A stretch of 64,000 bases of DNA from an uncultured Methanosarcinales archaeon (GTDB lineage Archaea; Nanobdellota; Nanobdellia; Woesearchaeales; GW2011-AR15), in NCBI GenBank assembly GCA_964441565.1, contig CAYTWW010000002.1:88032-152031 (forward strand), written 5' to 3'. Under the pieces are notes generated by a model. The model searched no databases, had not been told where the DNA came from, and was given only the letters and a program-made list of their open reading frames with translations. Within the stretch, counting starts at the first letter, position 1, and each line of letters begins with the position of its first letter. The position numbers and the translations under genes were made by a program. This document shows positions 47,448-55,551 of the stretch, piece after piece.

Positions 47448-47479
47448 TATATAGTAACTGAGTGATATGCCTTATGTCA

Positions 47480-47495
47480 GGTGATTGCCGCTGGC
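47480..47495 (+). promoter_or_regulatory. 16-nt direct-repeat box ggtgattgccgctggc (copy 1 of 2) in the AT-rich region upstream of trpB
   Basis: An exact 16-mer is repeated at 47670-47685. Each copy contains the small palindrome TTGCC-N3-GGCAA. They lie in the 344-bp AT-rich intergenic region 5' of trpB. Confidence 0.4.
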
Positions 47496-47669
47496 AATGT
47501 CATTCTTAAGATAGTCGGAAGCATAATGTTTGGGTATTGGAGTCCTCCAGTTGTCAGATTAAACTAAGATATTGCAAAATAGATATATTTAGTTCCCTTT
47601 ACAAAAATAAAGCATATATTCAACTGGAAAAGCTTAAATATAATCGAAATATACCTTTTTTTCATGAAC

Positions 47670-47685
47670 GGTGATTGCCGCTGGC
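47670..47685 (+). promoter_or_regulatory. 16-nt direct-repeat box ggtgattgccgctggc (copy 2 of 2), about 110 nt upstream of the trpB start
   Basis: See copy 1; this is a candidate operator for a Trp-responsive regulator. Confidence 0.4.
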
Positions 47686-47791
47686 CAGGTATACTTCATC
47701 AATATACTGGACAGAGTGAAGAACCGTTATTCTGAATGTTGGCCTGGTAGTTTACAGGCTGTAGGATCATGTTACAACAATACTAGATGAG

Positions 47792-48952
47792 GTGTTTACT
47801 ATGAAAGGATATTTCGGAGAATATGGAGGCCAGCATGTGCCTGGTGAGATGAAGCAGAGACTTGATGAGCTTGAAAAGGCATTCGAGCAGGCGATCAAGG
47901 ATCCAGCCTTTGGGAGGGAACTGAGGGAACTCTTGAAAGATTATGTAGGAAGGCCTTCGCCGCTCTACCATGCCCACAAGCTTTCGACACGTTTCGGCGC
48001 GAAGATCTACCTAAAGCGAGAGGACCTCAATCACACAGGAGCACACAAGATAAACAACGCAATAGGCCAGGCACTCCTCGCAAAGCGGATGGGAAAGAGG
48101 AGGATGATTGCAGAGACAGGCGCAGGACAGCATGGCGTCGCGACAGCCACAGTGGCAGCACTCATGGGGATGGACTGCGAGATATTCATGGGAGAAGTGG
48201 ATGCTGAGAAGCAGCGGATGAACCTTCTCAGGATGCAGCTCCTCGGCGCGAAAGTCACTGTTGTGAAAGAAGGTCAGCGGACCCTCAAGGAAGCAGTAGA
48301 TGCAGCCCTGGACTCCTACGTCAGGGAGAAGGACACGTTCTATCTCCTCGGAAGCGCTGTCGGACCTCATCCATATCCGACTATAGTCAGGCATTTCCAG
48401 AGGGTGATAGGAGAAGAGGCCAAAGCCCAGATCATGGAGCAGGAAGGCCGCATACCTGATTTTCTTGTGGCATGTGTTGGCGGAGGATCAAATGCCATCG
48501 GCCTCTTCCATGCATTCTCAGGCTCCAGCGCTAAGATGATAGGAATAGAGCCTGCCGGAAGAGGGCTTGGAACAGGGAAGCATGCAGCAACCCTGACTCT
48601 TGGAAAGCCAGGCATCATCCATGGCTTCTATTCCTACCTGCTGACAGACAAGGACGGAAAGCCTGCAGATGTCTACAGCATCGCATCAGGTCTTGATTAT
48701 CCTGGTGTCGGACCTGAGCACAGCCATCTGAAGGACATAGGAGCAGCTGAATATGTGACTATCACAGACTCAGAGGCTATCGATGCATTCCATATCTGCT
48801 CAGAGGAGGAAGGCATAATCCCTGCGCTTGAGAGCAGCCATGCCCTCGCCCATGCCTTCAAGCTGGCAGAAAGGAACAGGGACAGCATCATAATAGTCAA
48901 CCTATCTGGAAGGGGGGACAAGGATGTCGATTTTGTCTGCAGCATGTCATAG
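47792..48952 (+). CDS. trpB: Tryptophan synthase beta chain (TrpB); no trpA adjacent
   Basis: 386 aa. PLP-lysine region [35 protein letters not shown] and GGGSNAIG are canonical TrpB motifs. Confidence 0.95.
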   Translation: MFTMKGYFGEYGGQHVPGEMKQRLDELEKAFEQAIKDPAFGRELRELLKDYVGRPSPLYHAHKLSTRFGAKIYLKREDLNHTGAHKINNAIGQALLAKRMGKRRMIAETGAGQHGVATATVAALMGMDCEIFMGEVDAEKQRMNLLRMQLLGAKVTVVKEGQRTLKEAVDAALDSYVREKDTFYLLGSAVGPHPYPTIVRHFQRVIGEEAKAQIMEQEGRIPDFLVACVGGGSNAIGLFHAFSGSSAKMIGIEPAGRGLGTGKHAATLTLGKPGIIHGFYSYLLTDKDGKPADVYSIASGLDYPGVGPEHSHLKDIGAAEYVTITDSEAIDAFHICSEEEGIIPALESSHALAHAFKLAERNRDSIIIVNLSGRGDKDVDFVCSMS

Positions 48953-49002
48953 AAATCCTCTGAAGGCGCATTTGTGATACTTTTTTATTTTCTTGAGAAT
49001 AC

Positions 49003-49782
49003 TTGATTGAAATGAAGCTCGAAGATGCGGCAAGGGCTGTACGGCAGATCTATCTGGATAGAGGGATCAATCTCAGCATGTACCTGGAGAAAGAGCTGCC
49101 TATGGATATCGATATCAAGGAAATCTTCCCAAGAGAGACTTTGCATCTCTTCGATCAGTACAGAGATTCTCCCGAAGGAGGACTTTCATTTTCAGAAGGA
49201 TTCGACTTCGAGAAGAGCAACAGGCAGCGAAGGCAGATACTCTATCTCCAGGAGAAGGCTGCTGAGCTTATCAGAGAAGCCGCTCCAGAGAAGATACTCT
49301 CGCTTGGGATCGGCGATGGTGTGACAGCTGCGAAGTACGCAGGCCATGCCACGTTTGTCACAGGCATAGATATGCATGCAGAGTTCCTGGCCAAGGCACG
49401 TTCATCGATACCTGGGCTTGTGCGAGTCCAGGCTGATCTTGAATCTCCCCTCCCTCTCCCGGATGCATCATTCGACGCAGCAGAATGCATCATGGTCAGC
49501 CATCATATCAGGCGATTCAGGGAGTTGATATCAGAAGCTGCACGGATGCTGAGACCAGGAGGGATATTCATCCTTGGAGACATCTGCGACATGACTCTCG
49601 CAAGTGGGAATATGACATTCCCTGAGGCGCACATGCATCCGCCTTTTCATGGCATCGAATTCTATCGAAGCCACTCAAGGATGATGGAAGAGCTGTCTGT
49701 CTTTTTCGATCAATATTTCTATGAGAGAGTATGCCCAAGCCTGGTACTTATTGGAGGGAAGAGACATGGACAACATCGATGA
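49003..49782 (+). CDS. Class I SAM-dependent methyltransferase
   Basis: 259 aa, motif I ILSLGIGDGVTAAKYA and post-I acidic residue pattern, LRPGGIFILGDI. Confidence 0.7.
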   Translation: MIEMKLEDAARAVRQIYLDRGINLSMYLEKELPMDIDIKEIFPRETLHLFDQYRDSPEGGLSFSEGFDFEKSNRQRRQILYLQEKAAELIREAAPEKILSLGIGDGVTAAKYAGHATFVTGIDMHAEFLAKARSSIPGLVRVQADLESPLPLPDASFDAAECIMVSHHIRRFRELISEAARMLRPGGIFILGDICDMTLASGNMTFPEAHMHPPFHGIEFYRSHSRMMEELSVFFDQYFYERVCPSLVLIGGKRHGQHR

Positions 49783-50479
49783 CAGGATATTCTCGCTTTT
49801 CCGCAGACGTAGGAAGCGCTCCGAGCACAGGATAGATATGCTGCAGCTGAACACCCGCAAGACCGGCACCCCAATATTCTACATCATGGGCTATGGATCA
49901 GCGCCGTCCCTTTTCATGCCTGCTGCATCCAGGCTCAAGCATCCTGTCTTCGGTCTCACATATCCTGACAGCATCCTCTCAGGCGATGCAGATCAGACCC
50001 TGAAGACATTCGAGCTCATTGACAGGGCATTCAGCGCATCTGGTGACGGTGAAGCCTATACATTCGGCACATCCCTCGGGAGCTTCATCTCAGTATTCCT
50101 CGCATCAAGGCACAAGAGGATAACCAGGATGATACTCAGCGTGGGAGGAGCAAGCGTCGCTGAGACTGTATGGAACAACCCCAACATGTCACTGATAAGG
50201 CTTAAGCTTGAGAGGAAGTATTCCCTCTCTGATCTCAAGGAGAAGTGGGCTGATATCGAACCAGGCAATCTTGCCACAGAAGTCAGGGACAGGAAGATCC
50301 TTATCTATGAATCGAAGACTGACATATTGGTCAGGCATGAGAACCAGAAAGCGCTGACCCAGGCGCTGTCTGCAGGCAACCAAGTCAAGGTCAGGACAAG
50401 CAGGATGTTTGGCCACTACATCACTGCGATCAGGAGCGCGTATGATTTCAAGGAGATCCAGGATTTCTATGATAGCTGA
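49766..50479 (+). CDS. Alpha/beta-hydrolase-fold protein (tentative)
   Basis: Start re-chosen at MDNIDDRIF. A GxSxG-like nucleophile elbow (FGTSLGSF) and a C-terminal His are present; 237 aa. Confidence 0.5.
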   Translation: MDNIDDRIFSLFRRRRKRSEHRIDMLQLNTRKTGTPIFYIMGYGSAPSLFMPAASRLKHPVFGLTYPDSILSGDADQTLKTFELIDRAFSASGDGEAYTFGTSLGSFISVFLASRHKRITRMILSVGGASVAETVWNNPNMSLIRLKLERKYSLSDLKEKWADIEPGNLATEVRDRKILIYESKTDILVRHENQKALTQALSAGNQVKVRTSRMFGHYITAIRSAYDFKEIQDFYDS

Positions 50480-51122
50480 AAATATCTACGACCTTAAGAG
50501 GGAGCTTGGCGATGTCACCCTTGTCGCAGTCACAAAGACAAGACCGGCAGAAGATATCATCGCAGCCTTGGATGCTGGTGCTGGATTCATCGGTGAGAAT
50601 CGCGTCCAGGAGGCAGTCGGAAAATTTCCAGGCATAGCTAAGAAGATTGAAGAGAAGGATGCAGAGTTCCACCTGATAGGTCATCTCCAGACTAACAAGG
50701 TGAAGCAGGCTGTCCATATATTCGACGTCATCCAGTCCGTCGATTCACTTAGGCTGGCAGAGGAGATCGATAGGAGAGCCTCTGAGACTGGCAAGATCCA
50801 GCGCATACTGCTCCAGGTCAACATCGGCCAGGAATCACAGAAATCAGGAGCTGATCCGGAAGCTGCGATAGATTTATTAAAGCATCTGACCAAGCTCAAT
50901 TCCATCAAGGTCGAAGGGATGATGTGCATCGCTCCTTATTCAGTTGACCCAGAAGACTCAAGACCATATTTCAGGAAGATGCAATCCCTCTTCATCGAGG
51001 CAAACAGGATCCTTGGCATGAAGACTCTCTCGATGGGCATGACAGGCGACTATCGTGTCGCCATGGAGGAAGGCTCCACGATGGTGAGGATCGGCACAGG
51101 AATATTCGGTGGACGAACATGA
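50469..51122 (+). CDS. yggS: YggS-family PLP-binding protein (PLP homeostasis; alanine-racemase-N-like fold)
   Basis: Start at MIAENIYDL. Contains LVAVTKTRPAEDIIAALDAGAGFIGENRVQE, HLIGHLQTNKVK and MGMTGDY. Confidence 0.85.
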   Translation: MIAENIYDLKRELGDVTLVAVTKTRPAEDIIAALDAGAGFIGENRVQEAVGKFPGIAKKIEEKDAEFHLIGHLQTNKVKQAVHIFDVIQSVDSLRLAEEIDRRASETGKIQRILLQVNIGQESQKSGADPEAAIDLLKHLTKLNSIKVEGMMCIAPYSVDPEDSRPYFRKMQSLFIEANRILGMKTLSMGMTGDYRVAMEEGSTMVRIGTGIFGGRT

Positions 51123-52864
51123 GGATCATAATATCAAAAGAGCTCAGGCAAAGGTATCCTGGATTCAATGCGCATGCAGTAGTGTGCAGAGATGTGAAGG
51201 CACGAGAACTTGACAGCGAAAGGAAAGCTGTCGAGCTATCGATCAGGAAAAGCACGAACACGTCCGATATCCATCTTATACGAGATTATAACGAGTTCTT
51301 CAGCCAGTATGGAAAGAAGGTCCCTCTTGAATTCCAGATGGACTCGATCATCAAGGGGAAGAATATCTCAGCAGAGAATCCTCTTGCTGAGCTTTTGTTC
51401 ATGCTGGAGATGAAGCATGCAACGATGATCTCAGGCCATGAGCTGAGCCTGGCAGATCAGGAGCTAAGGTTCGAGATCGGGAAAGGGACTGAAGAATATG
51501 TGAAGCTCGGTGGCAAGCCGCAGAAGATCAAAGAGGGAGATATCCTACTCAAGAGCTCAGGCAGGATCCTCGCATCCCTGCTCTATGGCCCTGATGATAG
51601 CTCAAAGATGAACAAGTCTACAAAGGACATCGTATTTGTCATCTGGTTCTATAAGCCAGCACCTGGCGGCCTTGTCGAAGCGATTGCCTCTGACATTGAG
51701 AGCAATCTCCACGGTTCCACAGACCATTCTGTCGCGTCAGAGGATGAGAAGGAATACACAGTCACACCTTGGGAGGTCAAGGGTGACATCGATTATGGCA
51801 AGCTGATAAAAGATTTTGGCGTGAAGCCAATCGACCAGAAGATCAGGGAGAGGATCAGGAAGATCACTGAAGATGAGCACATGTTCATCAGGAGGAATAT
51901 CTTCTTCGCGCATATGTACATGAACGAGCTGCTCGATGAGTATGAGAAAGGCAATAAGTTCTATCTCTACACAGGACGTGCGCCATCAGGACCGGTCCAT
52001 CTTGGCCACCTTATCCCCTGGGTCTTCACGAAGTGGCTCCAGGATGCTTTTGATGTGCATCTTCTGTTCCAGATACCGGACGAAGAGAAGTTCCTATTCA
52101 AGAAGAACCTTACATTGAAGGAGACGAAGGACTGGGCATACGAGAATATCCTGGATATAATCGCAGTAGGCTTTGATCCTATGAAGACGAAGATATTCCT
52201 TGACACAGAATATGCAGGGCATATGTATGGGCTTGCCTGCCAGGCAGCGAAGAAGATGACATTCTCGACTATCAGGAGCACATTCGGGTTCAATGATTCG
52301 AACAACATCGGGACAATATTCTATACTGCCATGCAGTCAGTCCCTGCATTCCTCCCAACTGAGATGGAAGGGAAGAAGACCCGTGTGTTGATTCCATGCG
52401 CGATAGATCAGGATGTGCATTTCAGGCTCACAAGGGATGTGGCGGAGAGTCTTGGCTATCCAAAGCCTGCGACGATACTATGCAGGTTCCTCCCAGCCCT
52501 TTCAGAAGGAGGGAAGCTATCAAGCTCAGGAGAAGCAGACACGACGATCTGGGCTACAGACACACCTGCCCAGGTCAAAAAGAAAGTCCTCAGATATGCA
52601 TTCTCTGGCGGACGCGACACTGTCGAAGAGCACAGGAAGCTGGGAGGGAACCCTGATATCGACGTCGCATATCAATGGCTGACATTCTTTGAGGAGGATG
52701 ACAGGAAGCTCAAGCAGGTGCATGATGACTACAGATCAGGCAAGCTGCTCTCAGGAGAACTGAAGCTCATGCTGGTGGAGCAGCTCAACAGATTCCTGGC
52801 AGAGCATCAGAAGCGCAGGCATGAGGCGAAGAAGCATATCGAGAAGTTCATGCTGAGGGATTAG
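51119..52864 (+). CDS. trpS: Tryptophanyl-tRNA synthetase (archaeal/eukaryotic type) with an N-terminal B3/4-domain fusion of about 200 aa
   Basis: The C-terminal roughly 380 aa is a class I aaRS with HIGH-like PSGPVHLGHL and KMSKS-like KLSSSGE. The N-terminal part, MRIIISKELRQRYPGFNAHAVVCRDVKAREL...IRDYNEFFSQYG...GDILLKSSGRILASL, matches the stand-alone B3/4 (PheT B3/B4-like tRNA-binding/editing-fold) family pattern. Confidence 0.85.
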   Translation: MRIIISKELRQRYPGFNAHAVVCRDVKARELDSERKAVELSIRKSTNTSDIHLIRDYNEFFSQYGKKVPLEFQMDSIIKGKNISAENPLAELLFMLEMKHATMISGHELSLADQELRFEIGKGTEEYVKLGGKPQKIKEGDILLKSSGRILASLLYGPDDSSKMNKSTKDIVFVIWFYKPAPGGLVEAIASDIESNLHGSTDHSVASEDEKEYTVTPWEVKGDIDYGKLIKDFGVKPIDQKIRERIRKITEDEHMFIRRNIFFAHMYMNELLDEYEKGNKFYLYTGRAPSGPVHLGHLIPWVFTKWLQDAFDVHLLFQIPDEEKFLFKKNLTLKETKDWAYENILDIIAVGFDPMKTKIFLDTEYAGHMYGLACQAAKKMTFSTIRSTFGFNDSNNIGTIFYTAMQSVPAFLPTEMEGKKTRVLIPCAIDQDVHFRLTRDVAESLGYPKPATILCRFLPALSEGGKLSSSGEADTTIWATDTPAQVKKKVLRYAFSGGRDTVEEHRKLGGNPDIDVAYQWLTFFEEDDRKLKQVHDDYRSGKLLSGELKLMLVEQLNRFLAEHQKRRHEAKKHIEKFMLRD

Positions 52865-52867
52865 GCT

Positions 52868-53233
52868 TCATCGGGTCAGCGCCTGATATATGCCATAGAT
52901 GACTGCGCCACTTATCCCTGCTCCTAGTCCCATTTTGATCAGTTCTTTTTTTATGCTATATACAATATGATCCGGGACATCCTGGATATTCATATGCTCA
53001 AGAGATCTCCGTATTTGAGCGCAGGAACCGGGTTTTCTCCCTTCCATACGTCTTGCAAGATAGATCATATTCTCCAGTCCTTGATTCATGGAAGGCTTAG
53101 GCTGACTGTTCATGACAAGCTCGAGTTGCAGAGGAAGATAATGATGTGACAGATAATCTGTAAGTTGGTCAAGCAACATGCAAGGATGATATGATTTTCC
53201 TTTATTTAACCCTTCCGATGTATCTCTTGACAA
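52868..53233 (-). CDS. Hypothetical protein
   Basis: 121-aa ORF; 32-nt overlap with the upstream membrane-protein gene; weak. Confidence 0.35.
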   Translation of the reverse strand: MSRDTSEGLNKGKSYHPCMLLDQLTDYLSHHYLPLQLELVMNSQPKPSMNQGLENMIYLARRMEGRKPGSCAQIRRSLEHMNIQDVPDHIVYSIKKELIKMGLGAGISGAVIYGIYQALTR

Positions 53234-54182
53234 ACATCAGAGAATAGACCTGGAAGAACACTCTGACAGGAAGCGCGAATAGCGCTGTGAGGAAGACGAA
53301 GGCGAAGACCATGATGACGAACAGGAGGCCACCGACCACGATGAGGGGAGCAAGCATTATCTCTGCCGCCTGATAGAACATATAGCCTATGCCGAAGATG
53401 ATGATGCCCACAAGCAGGAATACGAGAAGCAGCATTATGGCGATCAAAAGCTCTGCAATCACTCCGCCTAAGCCCAGTAGCAGGCGCATCAGCCAGTACA
53501 TAGCCAACTCTCCGAACTTCCCTTTAGCCTTCCCTTTGAACTTCTTCCATGCCTCTGTTAATGGGACATGATCAATATACATCACAGGGACAAGGAATTC
53601 ATCTACTACAAACAAGACTAAACCTGTCGTGATAGCGAAAAGAAGGAAACCGAACCCCATAGGCAGGAGAAACCACAAGTTGAAGTCTGCAAGCTCTCCT
53701 GCGAAGAATGATAGCAGGAGCGGAAGCAGTATCAACGCGAATGCTGTCATAGATATGAATCCGAATATCGTCCTGAAAAGAAATAGGCTCATACCCAGCC
53801 CCCTGTACCTGTCGAAGCTTTTCCTTATCCTTATCTCTCCCTTCTCGACACCCTCTACAAATGAGAACAGGAGGACTGAACTCAGGAATGATAGCAGAAG
53901 CCCGACCAGCAGGAGGATGGCGATGAGGATCCCGAATATCGCACCATGCTGATTGATTGCTGATAGTGCCTCGTTGTTGAATTGGATGATCGACTGCCTG
54001 AGATCCAGTGTTCCATGATCTCCTCCGGATCCTCCTGAATTACTGCCTGAATAATTGCCGCTGCTGCCTGACTTGGAGAATGAAAGGATCGCCATCCTGA
54101 TCCAATATCCCTTCTTGAATGGGAACAATAGCTTCTTCATCCTCTGGAATGCAGGACTGATGATCTCAGGAGCGAGTGTCAT
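53202..54182 (-). CDS. Multi-pass membrane protein, hypothetical (Gly/Ser-rich N-terminal loop)
   Basis: 326 aa, about 7 TM helices, SGSSGNYSGSNSGGSGG low-complexity segment. Confidence 0.5.
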   Translation of the reverse strand: MTLAPEIISPAFQRMKKLLFPFKKGYWIRMAILSFSKSGSSGNYSGSNSGGSGGDHGTLDLRQSIIQFNNEALSAINQHGAIFGILIAILLLVGLLLSFLSSVLLFSFVEGVEKGEIRIRKSFDRYRGLGMSLFLFRTIFGFISMTAFALILLPLLLSFFAGELADFNLWFLLPMGFGFLLFAITTGLVLFVVDEFLVPVMYIDHVPLTEAWKKFKGKAKGKFGELAMYWLMRLLLGLGGVIAELLIAIMLLLVFLLVGIIIFGIGYMFYQAAEIMLAPLIVVGGLLFVIMVFAFVFLTALFALPVRVFFQVYSLMFVKRYIGRVK

Positions 54183-54208
54183 ATCCTCTTCTTGGACAGC
54201 ATTCTTAT

Positions 54209-54904
54209 TTAAATCTTCTTGAAATATTCAAGCTCTGCCCTTGATAGAGGCCTTGTCTTGCCTGGCTTCAGGTCTCCCAGGGATATAGGCCCGACAGAGA
54301 CCCTGATAAGCCTCTTTACCTTGTAACCGATGTTCTCGAACATCCTTTTGACGATATGTTTCCTTCCCTCATGCAGCGAGATCTCTACGATATTCTCCGA
54401 GAGCCTCTTCATCTTGTCTGCCTTCGCAGGACCATCCTCGAGCGTCACTCCTTTCTTGAGCCTATCCGCATCCTCTGCTGTTATCGGCTTGTTGAGATGC
54501 GCCACATATTTCTTCTCAGTCTCATACCTTGGATGAGCGACCCTATTGGCGAAGTCGCCATCATTTGTCAGGATGATGAGCCCCTCCGCATCAAAATCCA
54601 GACGGCCTGCATAGAACAATCTCTCCTTTGACTCCAGGAATTCATATATGGTCTTCTTCCCGCCCCTGTCCTCTGCGCTTGTCACGACGAATCGGGGCTT
54701 GTTCATCGCCAGGTATATCTTCTGCTCTGCCCTGACAGGCTTGCCATTCACTGTGATCTCATCCTTCGCTGCATCGGCCTTGTCCCCGAGCTTAATCTGC
54801 TGGCCATTGACCTTGACGACGCCAGCTGAGATCAGTTCCTCCGCCTTCCTCTTTGAGCAGAGGCCTGACGCTGCGATTATCTTCTGTACCCTTTCCACAG
54901 CCAC
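54209..54904 (-). CDS. RsuA/RluB-family pseudouridine synthase with N-terminal S4 domain
   Basis: 231 aa. S4-like RVQKIIAASGLCSKRKAEELISAGVVKVNG and the catalytic GRLDFDAEGLIILTNDG motif. Confidence 0.8.
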   Translation of the reverse strand: MAVERVQKIIAASGLCSKRKAEELISAGVVKVNGQQIKLGDKADAAKDEITVNGKPVRAEQKIYLAMNKPRFVVTSAEDRGGKKTIYEFLESKERLFYAGRLDFDAEGLIILTNDGDFANRVAHPRYETEKKYVAHLNKPITAEDADRLKKGVTLEDGPAKADKMKRLSENIVEISLHEGRKHIVKRMFENIGYKVKRLIRVSVGPISLGDLKPGKTRPLSRAELEYFKKI

Positions 54905-54933
54905 TTGGTTGGGACAAAGATTTATATAGTTTT

Positions 54934-55191
54934 ATGTCATCAGTCGGAGGCATGGCTAAGCCGAAAGTGATCATCCCTCCGCTCTCAGGAGGCTATATGG
55001 CGTCGACGATGCTCGGTTTCTTCATCTCTGTCATATATGTGTGGAAGATCAGCCCGCCATGGGGCCTTGCATTCTCGATAGCGTTCGCAGCGATGTTCAT
55101 CTCTGCTGTCAAGTCGATGACAATGGCAGAGCCAGACATGTTTGTCGAGACAGAGATGAGATCAAAGAAATCTAAGAAGAAGGGAATTTGA
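54934..55191 (+). CDS. Small membrane protein, hypothetical
   Basis: About 85 aa with two hydrophobic segments; start uncertain (alternative 54952). Confidence 0.3.
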   Translation: MSSVGGMAKPKVIIPPLSGGYMASTMLGFFISVIYVWKISPPWGLAFSIAFAAMFISAVKSMTMAEPDMFVETEMRSKKSKKKGI

Positions 55192-55477
55192 TATCGAATT
55201 TCTCCTTTGCCTTGTTCTCCTTGAAATAGACTGAATGCGACGCCCTCTTCTCGAATAGCGCGATTGCCACATTCATCATGTCGTTCTGGAACGGTTTTAG
55301 GTTCTTCTCCCGCATGATGGCCTTCGAGTCTTCGATGCATTGCTTGAGAACTTCGATATTCTCTCGTCTGGCTATCGCTTCCTGTTCTTTCTCTTCAGCA
55401 TCGTTCAGCGCGATCTCTTCCCACTTAGGATAGCCCCCTTTCGGGCTCTCTCTCGGAAATGATTTGTAGAACACCAT
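55172..55477 (-). CDS. Hypothetical small protein
   Basis: 101 aa, helical/charged; weak. Confidence 0.35.
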   Translation of the reverse strand: MVFYKSFPRESPKGGYPKWEEIALNDAEEKEQEAIARRENIEVLKQCIEDSKAIMREKNLKPFQNDMMNVAIALFEKRASHSVYFKENKAKEKFDIKFPSS

Positions 55478-55551
55478 AGCATCTGGGAATATGGTCCTAT
55501 AGAAAAAATTTCCTAGAAGTCTTTTTATATAATCATAGGTTACGCCTCACT

